A stretch of 64,000 nucleotides of DNA from an uncultured Bacillota bacterium. GTDB taxonomy: Bacteria; Sysuimicrobiota; Sysuimicrobiia; Sysuimicrobiales; Segetimicrobiaceae. Where the stretch lies: the NCBI GenBank assembly GCA_963804645.1, contig CAWDRG010000009.1, positions 448,001 through 512,000 of the forward strand, read 5' to 3'. Of the stretch, positions 21,724 through 34,784 are shown piece by piece. A program made the position numbers and the translations under genes. Position 1 is the first letter of the stretch; every line of letters begins with the position of its first letter. The notes beneath the pieces are model-generated. The model was not told the origin of the DNA, did not search any database, and was given only the letters and a program-made list of their open reading frames with translations.

Positions 21724-21978
21724 CTACTGGGGGCTCGTGGATCGAGAAACGAACACGAGGTCTTCGTAATCCGCTAGGTCACTCTCAGCCAGAAACAGAC
21801 GCCCAAACGCCTTGGGCTCGGCGATCATTATGCCCCGCCGGTATTCCTTCGTTGGCCAGTCCCGGGGGTTCGTTTCGCCGTCGAGTACAAGTTCAACGTG
21901 ACCTGGTTCGCCGTGAAGGAGCACGCGATCGCCCTTCCTGATTTCATCCCCGGATCGATACACGAGCGGAGCGGCCAT
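21724..21978 (-). CDS. Small hypothetical protein (84 aa)
   Basis: Protein-like composition (YRSGDEIRKGDRV...GIMIAEPKAFG...DLVFVSR); function unknown. Confidence 0.55.
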   Translation of the reverse strand: MAAPLVYRSGDEIRKGDRVLLHGEPGHVELVLDGETNPRDWPTKEYRRGIMIAEPKAFGRLFLAESDLADYEDLVFVSRSTSPQ

Positions 21979-22152
21979 GCAGCCCTCGTTTGGAGTGTGT
22001 CATCAGCCATGCCGCTACGTCTCACCATCACTCCCCGGTTCGAAACCCGCGACCGTGTGTCCTCGCGCAATCACGTCGACGACCCCGGCGGCGAGGTCGT
22101 CGGGTGTTTCACACCCCCCCACTGTCGGCGGGCCCCTGGGCTTGACGCGTTG

Positions 22153-22161
22153 TGTTATAGT
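22153..22161 (+). promoter_or_regulatory. Extended -10 promoter (TG-n-TATAGT) ahead of the T-box leader
   Basis: TGTTATAGT directly upstream of T-box stem I; TTGACG at 22142 is too close to be its -35. Confidence 0.5.
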
Positions 22162-22171
22162 AGGTGCTACC

Positions 22172-22460
22172 AAACCCGATGACCGGGGATAGTACGACGG
22201 GGAGCGACCCCAAGAGACCCGCGTGACATGGTGGAAGCGCGGGGGGCGGCCTCGGACGGAATGGACCCGTGAGGGGCGGACCGAAAGACGGCAGGACGCC
22301 GCCGAGTAGTCGCCGCCGGACTTCTCCACCGTAACCAGGAGGCGGGATCGAGCCTGTGTGTGCGGCTCTGTCTCTGTCGAGCGGCCCCGGGCGACCGGGG
22401 AACTGGGGTGGTACCGCGGGTGGATCGAGCCTCCCGTCCCGAAAGGGCGGGGGGTTTTTG
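22172..22460 (+). ncRNA. T-box riboswitch, Trp specifier (UGG)
   Basis: GATGA, AGTA, AGAGA, GGTGGAA stem I motifs; specifier loop GAA-TGG-A (TGG 22262-22264); T-box AACTGGGGTGGTACCGCG at 22401-22418; terminator follows. Confidence 0.93.
22429..22459 (+). terminator. Intrinsic terminator of the T-box leader
   Basis: GC-rich hairpin (CTCCCGTCCC-GAAA-GGGCGGGGGG) followed by a T run. Confidence 0.88.
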
Positions 22461-22489
22461 TGTCTGTCCGCGAGCGAGGAGGAGGCGCG

Positions 22490-23512
22490 ATGATCGTGGT
22501 GCTCGGAGCGGGACATACGAAGAGCGACTGCGAGGCGGTCGTCCGGAAGATCGAGGACGCCGGGCTGCGCTCGCAGGTGGTCGAGGGGGTCGAGCGGACC
22601 ATCGTCGGTGTCGTTGGCGACAGCCACACGAAGGAACTGCTGCGCGAGGGCCTCGAGGTGATGAACGGCGTGGAGAGCGTCGTGCGCATCCTGCAGCCCT
22701 ACAAGCTCGTCAGCCGCGAATTTCACGGCGGCAAGGACACGACGGTCTGGGTGCGCGACGTCGCGATCGGCGGCGGCCGCGTCGTGGTCATAGCGGGGCC
22801 CTGTTCCGTGGAAACGCGCGACCAGGTGCTGCAGACCGCCCGGGCCGTGAAGCTCGCCGGAGCCCAGCTGCTGCGCGGGGGCGCGTTCAAGCCCCGCACG
22901 TCTCCCTACTCGTTCCAGGGGCTCGAAGAGGAGGCGCTCAAGATCCTCGCGGAGGCGCGCGATGAGACCGGACTTCCGGTGGTCACCGAAGCGATGGACA
23001 ACCGCCAGCTCGATCTCGTGGTGAAGTACGCCGACATGATCCAGCTCGGCGCCCGCAACATGCAGAACTACACGCTGCTGCGCGACGCCGGTCAGACCGG
23101 CCATCCCGTGATGCTGAAGCGCGGCCCGAGCGCCACCATCGAGGAGATGCTGCTCGCGGCCGAATACATCATGGCCGAGGGCAATCCCAACGTCGTGCTG
23201 TGCGAGCGCGGCATCCGGACGTTCGAGACCTACACGCGGTTCACACTCGACCTGAACGCGGTGCCGGTGCTGAAGCGGCTGAGCCACCTCCCAGTGATCG
23301 TCGATCCCTCTCAAGGCACGGGAAAGTGGAACCTCGTGACGCCGATGGCGCGGGCCGCGGTCGCCGCGGGCGCGGACGGGCTGCTCGTCGAGGTGCACCC
23401 CGAGCCCGACAAGGCGCTGAGCGACGGGCCGCAGCAGCTCACCCCGCAGAACTTCGCCGTGCTGATGCAGGAGCTCGACGCGATCGCGCTCGCGGTCGGG
23501 CGGAGGGTGTGA
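22490..23512 (+). CDS. aroF: DAHP synthase type I-beta with N-terminal regulatory domain
   Basis: [55 protein letters not shown]. Confidence 0.95.
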   Translation: MIVVLGAGHTKSDCEAVVRKIEDAGLRSQVVEGVERTIVGVVGDSHTKELLREGLEVMNGVESVVRILQPYKLVSREFHGGKDTTVWVRDVAIGGGRVVVIAGPCSVETRDQVLQTARAVKLAGAQLLRGGAFKPRTSPYSFQGLEEEALKILAEARDETGLPVVTEAMDNRQLDLVVKYADMIQLGARNMQNYTLLRDAGQTGHPVMLKRGPSATIEEMLLAAEYIMAEGNPNVVLCERGIRTFETYTRFTLDLNAVPVLKRLSHLPVIVDPSQGTGKWNLVTPMARAAVAAGADGLLVEVHPEPDKALSDGPQQLTPQNFAVLMQELDAIALAVGRRV

Positions 23513-23519
23513 CGGTCCG

Positions 23520-24380
23520 ATGCCCCTGTTCGGCCGCGTGACGGTCATCGGCGTGGGCCTAGTCGGCGGCTCGCTCGGGATGGCCGTGCGCCGCCGCGGC
23601 CTGGCCGGCGAGGTCGTCGGGGTGGCACGCGTCCTCGAGACGATCGCCGCGGCCACCCAGCGGGGCGCGATCCATTGGGGGACGCTCGATCCCACGGACG
23701 GCGTCCCCGATGCCGACCTCGTCGTGCTCGCGACGCCCCCGGAGCGCGTCATCCCGATGGCGCGGCGGGTGCTGCCGCTCCTCAAGCACGGCGCAATCCT
23801 CACCGACGTCGCGAGCGTGAAAACGGAGATCGTCCGGTCGGTGGAGCCGCTGGTGCGGCCCAACAGCGGCGTCGTCTTTCTCGGCGGCCATCCGATGGCC
23901 GGGAACGAGGGCCGCGGGATCGGCGCGGCCTCGCCCGATCTGTTTGAGGGGACGATGTATCTCATCACGCCGACCGCGCGCACCAACCCGGCGGCGGTCG
24001 AGCGCCTGTCGGAATTCGCGGGCGCGCTCGGCGCGACCCCGATCGTCATGGAGCCGGCCGAGCACGACCGCGTGGTGGCGGTGGTCAGCCACCTTCCCTA
24101 TTTGATCGCGGCCGCGCTGATGGCCATCGCGAGCGGCGGCGCCGAGCGGGCGGCCGGGCCGTCGTTCTTGGGCGCGACGCGCGTCGCCGGGAGCTCGATC
24201 GACATGTGGACCCAGATCTGCCGGCTCAACCGCGACGCCATCACGGACGCGGTCAAGGCGTTCCAGTCGCGGCTCGGCGAGCTCGAGGGTGCGCTCGCGG
24301 ACCCGGAGCGCCTCGGCGCCATGCTCGCGCGCGCCGGTGAGGCGCGCGCGCAGGTCGACGCCGCGCGGCGCGTCGAGTAG
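23520..24380 (+). CDS. tyrA: Prephenate/arogenate dehydrogenase
   Basis: IGVGLVGGS, TDVASVK, GGHPMAG, HDRVVAVVSHLP, TRVAGS. Confidence 0.92.
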   Translation: MPLFGRVTVIGVGLVGGSLGMAVRRRGLAGEVVGVARVLETIAAATQRGAIHWGTLDPTDGVPDADLVVLATPPERVIPMARRVLPLLKHGAILTDVASVKTEIVRSVEPLVRPNSGVVFLGGHPMAGNEGRGIGAASPDLFEGTMYLITPTARTNPAAVERLSEFAGALGATPIVMEPAEHDRVVAVVSHLPYLIAAALMAIASGGAERAAGPSFLGATRVAGSSIDMWTQICRLNRDAITDAVKAFQSRLGELEGALADPERLGAMLARAGEARAQVDAARRVE

Positions 24381-24391
24381 GAGCGGAACCG

Positions 24392-25870
24392 ATGGCGCGC
24401 GCGGTGGTGCTGGAACCTGGGGTGGCGGAGTTCGACCGGCGGGCACGCGAGGGCAACCTCGTCCCGGTGTCGTGCGAGGTGCTCGCCGATCTGGACACCC
24501 CGATCTCCGCGTTCATGCGCCTCAGGCACCTGCCCCACGCCTTTCTGCTCGAAAGTATCGAGGGCAGCGAGAAGGTCGCGCGGTACTCGTTCCTCGGCGG
24601 GGACCCGTCGCTGACGCTGCGCGCCACGCTCGACGGCGTCGAGATCACAGAGGGCGGCGTCGCGCGGCGCGTCGCCCAGGACCCGCTCGAGGCCGCGCGC
24701 GAGATTCTGCGCCGCTATCGACCGGTGCAGGATCCGACGCTGCCGCGGTTCTACGGCGGGCTCGTCGGCGCGTTCTCGTACGACCTGATTCGCACGATCG
24801 AACACCTGCCCCACCGCCCCCCCGACGACCGCGGCTTTCCGATCCTCGAGCTGTCCCTCGCCGACACCGTTGTCATCTTCGACCACGCGCGGCCCCGGCT
24901 CCGGATCGTGGCGAACGCGTTCGTGGAGGACGGCGCCGAGCGCGCGTACCGCGCGGCGCGGGAGCGGATCGAGGCGTGGGTGGAGCTCCTTCGGCGGCCG
25001 TTGCCCGAGGCGCCCCCCTCGCAGCCGCGGGCGCTGCCGCTCCGCTCGAACATGACGCGGGAGCGCTACCTGGCGGCGATCCGGCGGTGCCGCGAGTACA
25101 TTCACGCCGGCGACGCGTTTCAGATCGTGTTCTCGCAGCGGTTCGCCCAGGAGATCGGGGACCTCGACCCGCTCGCGATCTATCGCGCGCTCCGGATGCT
25201 CAATCCCTCGCCGTTCATGTTCTATCTCGGGGGCGGCGACGGCACGCTGGTCGGCGCGTCCCCGGAGCTGCTCGTGCGGCTCGAGGGGGATCTCGTCGAG
25301 ATGCGGCCGATCGCGGGCACGCGCCGCCGCGGCCTGACCGACGCCGAGGACCAGGCACTCGCCGACGAACTGCTCGCGGACGAGAAGGAGCGGGCGGAGC
25401 ACGTGATGCTCGTCGACCTGACCCGCAACGACGTCGGGCGCATCTCGCGCTTCGGGACCGTGCGGGTGCCCGAGCTGATGACGGTGGAGCGCTACTCGCA
25501 CGTGATGCACATCGTGAGCCTCGTGCAGGGCCGCCTCAGCCCCGGGCGGGACGCGTTCGACGTGCTGCGCGCGGTGTTCCCACACGGCACGGTGAGCGGC
25601 GCGCCCAAGGTGCGGGCGATGGAGATCCTCGACGAGCTGGAGCCCACCGCGCGCGGACCGTACGCGGGCGCGGTCGGGTATGTCGGCTTCGGCGGCGCGC
25701 TCGACACGTGCATCGCGATCCGGACGCTCGCGATCAAGGACGGCACTGCGTACGTCCAGGCCGGCGGGGGGATCGTCGCGGATTCGGTGCCGGAGAGCGA
25801 GTACGACGAAACGATCAACAAAGCGAAGGCGCTGATTCGCGCGATCGAGATAGCGGCGCGGGGCCTGTAG
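24392..25870 (+). CDS. trpE: Anthranilate synthase component I
   Basis: [61 protein letters not shown]. Confidence 0.96.
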   Translation: MARAVVLEPGVAEFDRRAREGNLVPVSCEVLADLDTPISAFMRLRHLPHAFLLESIEGSEKVARYSFLGGDPSLTLRATLDGVEITEGGVARRVAQDPLEAAREILRRYRPVQDPTLPRFYGGLVGAFSYDLIRTIEHLPHRPPDDRGFPILELSLADTVVIFDHARPRLRIVANAFVEDGAERAYRAARERIEAWVELLRRPLPEAPPSQPRALPLRSNMTRERYLAAIRRCREYIHAGDAFQIVFSQRFAQEIGDLDPLAIYRALRMLNPSPFMFYLGGGDGTLVGASPELLVRLEGDLVEMRPIAGTRRRGLTDAEDQALADELLADEKERAEHVMLVDLTRNDVGRISRFGTVRVPELMTVERYSHVMHIVSLVQGRLSPGRDAFDVLRAVFPHGTVSGAPKVRAMEILDELEPTARGPYAGAVGYVGFGGALDTCIAIRTLAIKDGTAYVQAGGGIVADSVPESEYDETINKAKALIRAIEIAARGL

Positions 25871-25883
25871 GCGGGAGACGGCG

Positions 25884-26525
<642 letters not shown>

Positions 26526-26529
26526 GGCC

Positions 26530-27546
26530 ATGCCGCTCCGCCATTCGATCGCGCGGGTCGCCGCGCACGAGCGCCTGACCGAGGCCGAGGCGCACGACGC
26601 GATGGCGCTGATCATGGACGGCGAGGCGACCCCGGCGCAGATCGCCGCGTTCATCACCGCGCTCGCGATGCGCGGCGAGACGGTCGAGGAGATCACCGGG
26701 TTTGCGCGGGCGATGCGCGAGCACGCGGTCGTGATTACGCCGGCGGTTAAGCATCTGGTCGACGTGGTCGGGACCGGCGGCGACCGGCTCAACACGTTCA
26801 ACATCTCCACCACGACCGCGTTCGTGATCGCGGGGGCCGGCGCCCACGTCGCGAAGCACGGCAACCGCGCGGCGAGCAGCCGCAGCGGCAGCGCCGACGT
26901 GCTCGAGGCGCTCGGCGTCAACATCACCGTGTCGCCCGATGTCGTCCAGGCGTGCGTCGAGGAGATCGGGGTCGGGTACTTGTTCGCCCCGCAGTTTCAC
27001 CCGGCGTTCAGGCACGCGGTGGTCCCGCGCCGGGAGATCGCGATCCGGACCGTGTTCAACATTCTCGGCCCGCTGACGAATCCCGCCCGCGCGACCCGCT
27101 ACCTGATGGGCGTGCCCACCGCGGCGCACACGGAAGTGATGGCGCGGGTGCTCGCCGGCCTCGGCGGGGAGCGCGCGTTCGTCGTGCACGGGCACGACGG
27201 GATGGATGAGATCTCGCTGACGGGTCCGACCCAGGTCTCGGAGATGTCCGGCGGCGGGGTGCGGACGTATACGATCACTCCCGAGGAATTCGGGCTCGCG
27301 CGCGCGTCGCTCGACGCGCTGCGGGGCGGCACGCCCCAGGAGAACGCCGAGATTACGGTGGGGATCCTGCAGGGCGAGCGCGGGCCGAGGCGCGACATCG
27401 TGCTGCTGAACGCCGGCACCGCGCTCGTGGCCGCCGGGATCGCCGCGACCGTGGCGGAGGGCTTGGCGCGCGCGGAGGAGAGCCTCGGCTCCGGCGCGGC
27501 CTACGCGAAGCTCGAGGCGCTCCGCCTCCGGACGAAGTTCGCGTGA
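26530..27546 (+). CDS. trpD: Anthranilate phosphoribosyltransferase
   Basis: DVVGTGGD, FNIST, AKHGNR, SGSADVLE, RTVFNILGPLTNP, DGMDE. Confidence 0.96.
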   Translation: MPLRHSIARVAAHERLTEAEAHDAMALIMDGEATPAQIAAFITALAMRGETVEEITGFARAMREHAVVITPAVKHLVDVVGTGGDRLNTFNISTTTAFVIAGAGAHVAKHGNRAASSRSGSADVLEALGVNITVSPDVVQACVEEIGVGYLFAPQFHPAFRHAVVPRREIAIRTVFNILGPLTNPARATRYLMGVPTAAHTEVMARVLAGLGGERAFVVHGHDGMDEISLTGPTQVSEMSGGGVRTYTITPEEFGLARASLDALRGGTPQENAEITVGILQGERGPRRDIVLLNAGTALVAAGIAATVAEGLARAEESLGSGAAYAKLEALRLRTKFA

Positions 27547-27580
27547 CGGCTGTGCGCGCGGCGGGCGAGAGGTAACGCGG

Positions 27581-28360
27581 ATGGGCGTGCTGCAGGAGAT
27601 CGTGGCCCACAAGCGCGAGGAGCTCGCCGCCCGCCGGGCCCGCGTGCCGTTCGACGAGGTGCGCCGCCGCGCCGCCGATGCGCCGCCCGCCCGGCCGTTT
27701 CTCGCGGCCGTCACGCGGCCGCCGCTGCGGCTGATCGCGGAGGTCAAAGGCGCGTCCCCGTCCGCGGGGACGATCCGGCCCGAGTTCGATCCGGCGGCCG
27801 TCGCCCGCCTCTACGCCGACAACGGAGCTGCGGCGATCTCGGTGCTGACGGACGCGCGGTTCTTCCGGGGCGAGGACGGGCATCTCGTCGCGGTCCGGCG
27901 CGCGGTCGCGGTGCCGGTGCTCCGGAAAGACTTCGTGCTCGACGCGTACCAGGTGCACGAGGCGCGCGCGATCGGCGCGGACGCGGTGCTGCTCATCGTC
28001 GCGATCTTGGACGACGGGCGGCTGCGCGATCTCGCGGGGCTCGCCGGGGATCTCGGGATGGCGGCGCTCGTCGAGGCGCACTCCGAGGCCGAGCTTTCGC
28101 GGGCGCTCGGGGCGCGCCCGGTGCTGGTCGGCATCAACAATCGCAACCTGGATACGCTGACGACGAGCCTCGAGGTGACCCGCCGCCTGCGGCCGCTCGT
28201 GCCGCCGGGCATCGTGGTCGTGGGTGAAAGCGGGGTGGAGGAACGCGCGCACGTCGAGGAGATGGACCGGCTCGGCGTCGACGCGATCCTCGTCGGCACG
28301 GCGCTGATGCGGGCGGCCGATCCCGCCGCCCGTGTGCGGGAACTGCTCGGACGAGCGTGA
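27581..28360 (+). CDS. trpC: Indole-3-glycerol phosphate synthase
   Basis: [31 protein letters not shown]. Confidence 0.96.
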   Translation: MGVLQEIVAHKREELAARRARVPFDEVRRRAADAPPARPFLAAVTRPPLRLIAEVKGASPSAGTIRPEFDPAAVARLYADNGAAAISVLTDARFFRGEDGHLVAVRRAVAVPVLRKDFVLDAYQVHEARAIGADAVLLIVAILDDGRLRDLAGLAGDLGMAALVEAHSEAELSRALGARPVLVGINNRNLDTLTTSLEVTRRLRPLVPPGIVVVGESGVEERAHVEEMDRLGVDAILVGTALMRAADPAARVRELLGRA

Positions 28361-28371
28361 GGGAGGCGGGC

Positions 28372-29442
<1,071 letters not shown>

Positions 29443-29471
29443 GGCCCGTCGACTCGGCCCGGGACACTGCG

Positions 29472-30101
29472 ATGGTGCGCGTCAAGATCTGCGGCATCCG
29501 GAGGCCCGAGGACGCGCACGCGGCCGTGGCGGCCGGGGCGAGCGCGATCGGCCTCAACTTCTGGCGGCCCGGCCGGCGGTACGTCCCGCCGGAGGTGGCG
29601 CGCGCGATCGCCCGGGCGCTGCCGCCGTTTGTCTCGAAGGTGGGGGTGTTTGCCGACGAGGACGCGGACGTGATCCAGAAGATCGCGGATCTCTGCGGGC
29701 TCGACCTGCTGCAGCTGCACGGGGCGGAGAGCCCGGAGTTTTGCCTCGGGTTCGACCGGCCGGTGATCAAGGGGATCAAGATGCGGGACGAGGGGAGCCT
29801 CCGCCAGCTCGAGCGGTACCGCGTGGCGGCGTTTCTCCTCGACACGCACGTGCCGGGCGAGATGGGCGGGACCGGACGGGTGTTTGACTGGACGCTCGCC
29901 GCGCGCGCGGCGAGCGCCGGCCCGGTGATCCTTTCCGGCGGCCTCACGGCGGAGAACGTCACCGACGCGATTCGGGCGGCGCGGCCGTACGCGGTCGACG
30001 TGGCATCCGGCGTGGAGACCGACGGGGCGAAGGATCCCGCGAAGATTCGCGCGTTCGTCGCCCGCGTGATGGAATGGAATTCTGCGGAGGTGCGGTCATG
30101 A
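29472..30101 (+). CDS. trpF: Phosphoribosylanthranilate isomerase
   Basis: [35 protein letters not shown]. Confidence 0.96.
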   Translation: MVRVKICGIRRPEDAHAAVAAGASAIGLNFWRPGRRYVPPEVARAIARALPPFVSKVGVFADEDADVIQKIADLCGLDLLQLHGAESPEFCLGFDRPVIKGIKMRDEGSLRQLERYRVAAFLLDTHVPGEMGGTGRVFDWTLAARAASAGPVILSGGLTAENVTDAIRAARPYAVDVASGVETDGAKDPAKIRAFVARVMEWNSAEVRS

Positions 30102-31315
30102 CGGCACAGAGTCCGGCGGGCGCGCCGCCGAGAGGACGGTTCGGGCCGTACGGGGGCCGGTACGTGCCGGAGACGCTGATCCCCGCGCTGGAGGAACTGG
30201 AGGCGGCGCACGACGAGGCGCGCCGCGACCCCGCGTTTCAGACCCAGCTCACCTACTATCTGCGCCAGTTCTGCGGGCGCCCCACCCCGCTGTACCTGGC
30301 GCGCCGCCTCACCGAGGCGTACGGCGGCGCCCGCATCTACCTCAAGCGCGAGGACCTGCTGCACACGGGCGCCCACAAGATCAACAACACGGTCGGCCAG
30401 GTGCTGCTCGCCGTCCGGATGGGCAAGCGCCGCATCATCGCGGAGACGGGCGCCGGTCAGCACGGCGTCGCCACCGCGGCGACGGCCGCGGCGTTCGGCC
30501 TGCCGTGCGACGTGTACATGGGGTCGGAGGACGTGGAGCGGCAGGCCCTCAACGTGTTCCGCATGCGCCTGCTGGGCACGCGGGTGATCTCGGTGGAGGG
30601 CGGCAGCCGGACCCTCAAAGATGCGATCAACGAGGCGCTGCGGGACTGGGTGACGAACGTGCGCGACACGTTCTACGTGTTCGGCACGGTGGCGGGGCCG
30701 CACCCGTACCCCACGATCGTCCGCGACTTCCACGCGGTCATCGGCGCCGAAGCGCGCGAGCAGATCCTGGCTGCGGAGGGGCGGCTTCCGGACTGTTTGG
30801 TAGCGTGCGTCGGAGGCGGCAGCAACGCGATGGGCCTGTTCCACGCGTTCCTGGGCGACCCCGGCGTCGCGATCGTCGGGGTGGAGGCGGGCGGCCGCGG
30901 TCTCGCGAGCGGCGCGCACGCGGCGTCGCTGAGCGCCGGCAGCCCGGGCGTGCTGCACGGTGCCTACAGTTACCTGCTGCAGGACGACGGGGGCCAGGTC
31001 GTCCCGACCCATTCGATCTCGGCGGGGCTCGACTACCCGGGCGTCGGGCCGCAGCACTCGTACCTCAAGGACACCGGACGCGCCCGCTACGTTTCGGTGA
31101 CGGATCAGGAGGCGCTCGAGGCGTTTCACCAGCTGTGCCGGATCGAGGGGATTCTGCCGGCCCTCGAGTCGTCCCACGCGCTGGCCTACCTCAAGACGCT
31201 CGCGCCGGCACTCGGGCGCGACAAGGTCATCATCGTCAACCTGAGCGGCCGCGGCGACAAGGACGTCCACATCGTCGCCCAGGCGATGGGCGAAGACCTG
31301 GGAGCGCACCGATGA
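30098..31315 (+). CDS. trpB: Tryptophan synthase beta chain
   Basis: [58 protein letters not shown]. Confidence 0.97.
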   Translation: MTAQSPAGAPPRGRFGPYGGRYVPETLIPALEELEAAHDEARRDPAFQTQLTYYLRQFCGRPTPLYLARRLTEAYGGARIYLKREDLLHTGAHKINNTVGQVLLAVRMGKRRIIAETGAGQHGVATAATAAAFGLPCDVYMGSEDVERQALNVFRMRLLGTRVISVEGGSRTLKDAINEALRDWVTNVRDTFYVFGTVAGPHPYPTIVRDFHAVIGAEAREQILAAEGRLPDCLVACVGGGSNAMGLFHAFLGDPGVAIVGVEAGGRGLASGAHAASLSAGSPGVLHGAYSYLLQDDGGQVVPTHSISAGLDYPGVGPQHSYLKDTGRARYVSVTDQEALEAFHQLCRIEGILPALESSHALAYLKTLAPALGRDKVIIVNLSGRGDKDVHIVAQAMGEDLGAHR

Positions 31316-32142
31316 CCGGGGTGCGCGCGGCCGGCCGTCAGGACGCCGCCCGCAACCGGCTGGTGCGCGCGCTCGCGGCCCGCCGGGCCGAAGGGCGCAA
31401 GGCGTTGATCCCGTACATCATGGCGGGAGATCCGGATGAGGCCGCGACCGAGCGCCTCGTTGGGATGCTGGCGGAGGCCGGCGCGGACGCCGTCGAGCTC
31501 GGCGTGCCGTTCAGCGACCCGATCGCGGACGGCCCGGTCAACCAGCGCGCCGGGTTTCGCGCCCTCGGGCGCGGCATGAGCCTGGGGCGCGCGCTCGACC
31601 TGGTCGCGCGCATCCGCCGGAACGTCGAGGTGCCGCTACTGTTCATGACCTACTACAACCTGTTCCTGCACCGCGGGCTCGCGAGGTTCTGCCGGGAGGC
31701 CGTGGACGCGGGGCTCGACGGCGTGATCACCGCGGACCTCCCGCCGGAGGACGGCGGCGACATGGCCGCTGCGGCCGGCGCGGCGGGGCTGGCCACTGTG
31801 TTCCTGCTCGCGCCGACCAGCACCGAGGAGCGCATCCGGACGGTCGCCGGGGTCTCCACGGGCTTCATCTACTGTGTCTCGCGCACCGGCGTGACCGGCG
31901 TCCGCGACGAAGTGCCGCCGGAGCTCGGGGCGCTCGTCCGTCGGATCAAGGCGGAAACCGAGACGCCGGTGTGCGTCGGCTTCGGCATCAGCCGTCCTAG
32001 CCAGGCGCAGCAGGTCGCACGGTTCGCCGACGGGGTGATCGTCGGCAGCGTCCTGGTGCAGATGCTTGAGGACGACCCCGCCGATCTCAATCGGGTCGGC
32101 GCATTTGTGCGCGACCTCAAGGCCGCGGTCTCGGACGTGTAG
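31312..32142 (+). CDS. trpA: Tryptophan synthase alpha chain
   Basis: [49 protein letters not shown]. Confidence 0.97.
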   Translation: MTGVRAAGRQDAARNRLVRALAARRAEGRKALIPYIMAGDPDEAATERLVGMLAEAGADAVELGVPFSDPIADGPVNQRAGFRALGRGMSLGRALDLVARIRRNVEVPLLFMTYYNLFLHRGLARFCREAVDAGLDGVITADLPPEDGGDMAAAAGAAGLATVFLLAPTSTEERIRTVAGVSTGFIYCVSRTGVTGVRDEVPPELGALVRRIKAETETPVCVGFGISRPSQAQQVARFADGVIVGSVLVQMLEDDPADLNRVGAFVRDLKAAVSDV

Positions 32143-32158
32143 CGGGCCGCCGGGCGCA

Positions 32159-32186
32159 TTGACAGCGCCGCGCGGGGTGGTACGGT
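32159..32186 (+). promoter_or_regulatory. Sigma70-type promoter of citrate synthase
   Basis: TTGACA, 16 nt, TACGGT with an extended TG. Confidence 0.6.
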
Positions 32187-32229
32187 CAGGGTAGGGCAAG
32201 ATCCAGACTTGCCGAGGAGGCGAACACTC

Positions 32230-33381
32230 ATGCCGGCTCCAGAGAGCTCCGGCGCGTCGCCGCAGGTGGTCGAGGGCCTCGAAGGGATCGTCGCGGCGCA
32301 CAGCCGCATCTGCTTCGTCGACGGCGTCGAGGGGCGGATGCTGTACGAAGGGTACGACATCCACGATCTGGCCGACCACGCGTCGTTCGAGGAAGTCGCG
32401 TACCTGCTGTGGTACGGCGATCTGCCGACGCGCTCCCAACTCGATGCGCTGAACCGGGAGCTGCGCGGGGCGCGCCCGCTGCCGGAGCCGGTGATGGCGA
32501 TCATCAAGGGCGTGCCGAAGGACGCCCTGCCGATGGACGTGCTGCGCACGGCGGTCTCGGCGCTCGGTGTCTACGACCCCGATGCCAGGGACAACGGCCA
32601 GCCCGCCAATGTACGGAAATCGGTGCGGCTGACCGCGCAGATCGCGACGATCGTCGCGGCGATCGACCGGACGCGCAACGGCAAGCCCCCGGTCGCGCCG
32701 GATCCGGGGCTCGGGCACGCCGCGAACTTTCTGTACATGCTGCGCGGCGAGCGGCCCGATGCGACCGCGACCCGGGCGGTCGACATCGCCCTCATCCTTC
32801 ACGCCGATCACGAGCTCAACGCGAGCACGTTCTCCGCGCGGGTGACCGCGGCGACGCTCGCGGACATGCACTCGGCGATCACCTCGGCGATCGGCACGCT
32901 CAAGGGGCCCCTGCATGGCGGCGCCAACGAGGCGGTGATGCGCCTGCTCCTGAAGATCGGCGACGTATCGAACGCCGTCCCCACGGTCAAGCAGATACTG
33001 GCCAACAAAGAGAAGATCATGGGGTTCGGACACCGCGTCTACAAGACGGAAGACCCGCGCGCGACGCACCTGCGCAAGATGTCCGAGGAGCTGTGCCGTC
33101 AAACGGGCCAGCTCAAATGGTACGAGATGTCGCGGGAGATCGAGAAGTACATGCTCGTCGAGAAACATCTGCACTGCAACGTGGATTTCTACTCGGCGAC
33201 GTGCTACTACGCGCTCGGCATTCCGATCGATCTGTTCACGCCGGTGTTCGCAGTGAGCCGGATCTCGGGGTGGAGCGCGCACGTGCTCGAGCAGTTCGCC
33301 GACAACCGGCTGATTCGGCCGCGGGCGGAGTACGTCGGTCCCCTGAACCGTACCTACGTGCCGATCGACCAGCGGAAGTAG
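32230..33381 (+). CDS. Citrate (or 2-methylcitrate) synthase
   Basis: GLEGIV, HADHELNASTF, LKGPLHGGAN, MGFGHRVYK, NVDFYS, LIRPR. Confidence 0.95.
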   Translation: MPAPESSGASPQVVEGLEGIVAAHSRICFVDGVEGRMLYEGYDIHDLADHASFEEVAYLLWYGDLPTRSQLDALNRELRGARPLPEPVMAIIKGVPKDALPMDVLRTAVSALGVYDPDARDNGQPANVRKSVRLTAQIATIVAAIDRTRNGKPPVAPDPGLGHAANFLYMLRGERPDATATRAVDIALILHADHELNASTFSARVTAATLADMHSAITSAIGTLKGPLHGGANEAVMRLLLKIGDVSNAVPTVKQILANKEKIMGFGHRVYKTEDPRATHLRKMSEELCRQTGQLKWYEMSREIEKYMLVEKHLHCNVDFYSATCYYALGIPIDLFTPVFAVSRISGWSAHVLEQFADNRLIRPRAEYVGPLNRTYVPIDQRK

Positions 33382-33453
33382 CGGATCGAGGCGGCCGCGG
33401 GCCGGCGATCGTGCGGCGTGCTTGCATCGACGCGGCGACCCGCGGCAGGACCA

Positions 33454-34245
33454 TTACCCTACGATATCTTCCCCGCCGTCGACGCCGATCACGTTGCCGG
33501 TGATCCATTCTGTTCCGGGGGCGCTGAGGGCGACCAGCGCCCGCGCGACGTCCTCGGTCGTCGTGAGGCGGCCGGAAGGATTTCTCAGCCGCGCGTGGTC
33601 GGAGATGAGTTCGTGTCCCGGGATCTTTCTCAAAGCCGGAGTGTCGGTTACCCCGGCTCGGATGGCGTTCACGGCGACCCCGCGCGGCGCGAGCTCCATG
33701 GCCAACTGGCGGACGTGGGCCTCGAGCGCCGCCTTCGCCGCCGAGACCGCGCCGTAGTTTGGCAGCACCCGGGTCCCGCCAGCGCTCGTCATGGCGAAGA
33801 CCTTGTCGCCGCGCCGCAGCAGCCCCGCGTACACAAGATCCTGGGCCCAGTAGACGAGGCTGTGGGCCATCACGGAGAGTGTCATATCCATCTGCGCGGG
33901 CGTGATGGCGTCCGCGGGGTCCTGCGCGATGAACGGACGGAGGTTGCCGAACGCCAGCGAATGCAGCAGAATGTGGACGCCCGGGAATTCTCCGAACGCG
34001 GCCTTGGCGCGCGCGAGCACCTCGACGCGCCGCTCCGGGTCGGCGGCGTTGACGTTGAAGAAGATCGCCTCCCGTCCGGCGGCCCGGACTCTGTTGATCA
34101 CCTCCTCGACGTGCGGCATTGACCCTTTGCGATCCAAGTGGACGCCGACGATGTCGAAGCCGGCGCGCGCCAGTTCCAGACTCGCCGCCTCGCCAAAACC
34201 GCTGCTTGCGCCGAGGATCACGGCGCACCGCCGGGCGACCGCCAT
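33454..34245 (-). CDS. SDR oxidoreductase, FabL-like enoyl-ACP reductase
   Basis: GASSGFG; extended YGAVSAAK catalytic motif; VNAIRAGVTDT. Confidence 0.82.
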   Translation of the reverse strand: MAVARRCAVILGASSGFGEAASLELARAGFDIVGVHLDRKGSMPHVEEVINRVRAAGREAIFFNVNAADPERRVEVLARAKAAFGEFPGVHILLHSLAFGNLRPFIAQDPADAITPAQMDMTLSVMAHSLVYWAQDLVYAGLLRRGDKVFAMTSAGGTRVLPNYGAVSAAKAALEAHVRQLAMELAPRGVAVNAIRAGVTDTPALRKIPGHELISDHARLRNPSGRLTTTEDVARALVALSAPGTEWITGNVIGVDGGEDIVG

Positions 34246-34361
34246 GCGCTCCTCCGAGACCGGAAAGATTGGTGGGCAGGCCGAGGCAGGTGATGCCGGC
34301 GCCCGAGAGTGCATTCGGGTCCGCGGTGATGATCCCCTGGAGCAGGCGTTGCGCGCCGATT

Positions 34362-34390
34362 TTGCCAGCCTGACGGGCCTCTGCTAGAAT
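34362..34390 (+). promoter_or_regulatory. tRNA promoter
   Basis: TTGCCA, 17 nt, TAGAAT, 7 nt before the tRNA 5' end. Confidence 0.75.
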
Positions 34391-34397
34391 ACTGCTG

Positions 34398-34473
34398 GGG
34401 CCGTTAGCTCAGCGGGTAGAGCGCCGGGCTTTTAACCCGGGCGTCGGGGGTTCGATCCCCTCACGGCCCACCA
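34398..34473 (+). tRNA. tRNA-Lys (anticodon TTT), CCA encoded
   Basis: GGGCCGT/ACGGCCC acceptor stem; D arm GCTC..GAGC; CCGGG-CTTTTAA-CCCGG anticodon arm; GGTTCGATCC T loop; 76 nt. Confidence 0.97.
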
Positions 34474-34501
34474 AATCAAGGTCCGCAAGGTCACTTTCAG
34501 G

Positions 34502-34520
34502 CTGCTAATCCACTGCTAAT
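34502..34520 (+). repeat. Direct repeat CTGCTAAT x2 (11-nt period), candidate integrase arm-type sites of attL
   Basis: CTGCTAATccaCTGCTAAT 28 nt after the tRNA; same core and spacing as TTGCTAACGCT-TTGCAAACG in the downstream arms. Confidence 0.55.
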
Positions 34521-34784
34521 TCTTTGGGGATCATCCCCTTGGCGGGCGTCCGGCTTTGTGGTAGTGGAGCACTCCCGTGACCTGAGACCGTCTGCAGCGT
34601 CCCGCCAGACACACGACGTTGCCCTGGAGCCCCAACGCCGCGGCCGGTCTGGACGGTTGCGCCCCCTTTGCAACGCCCCGCAGACGGTGGCGGCACGGAC
34701 GCCGGGGCCTCCCACTACCTGCCGAACATGCGCGCCATGCCGTTTATGCGCGCCAAACGGTCAGCTGTCGTCTCCGTTCTGCGA

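Noticed and set aside
34505..34696. Integrase C-terminal remnant next to attL (GGTLQTVSGHGS)
   Set aside because: Only a faint echo of the LGH motif; no HxxR or catalytic Tyr context
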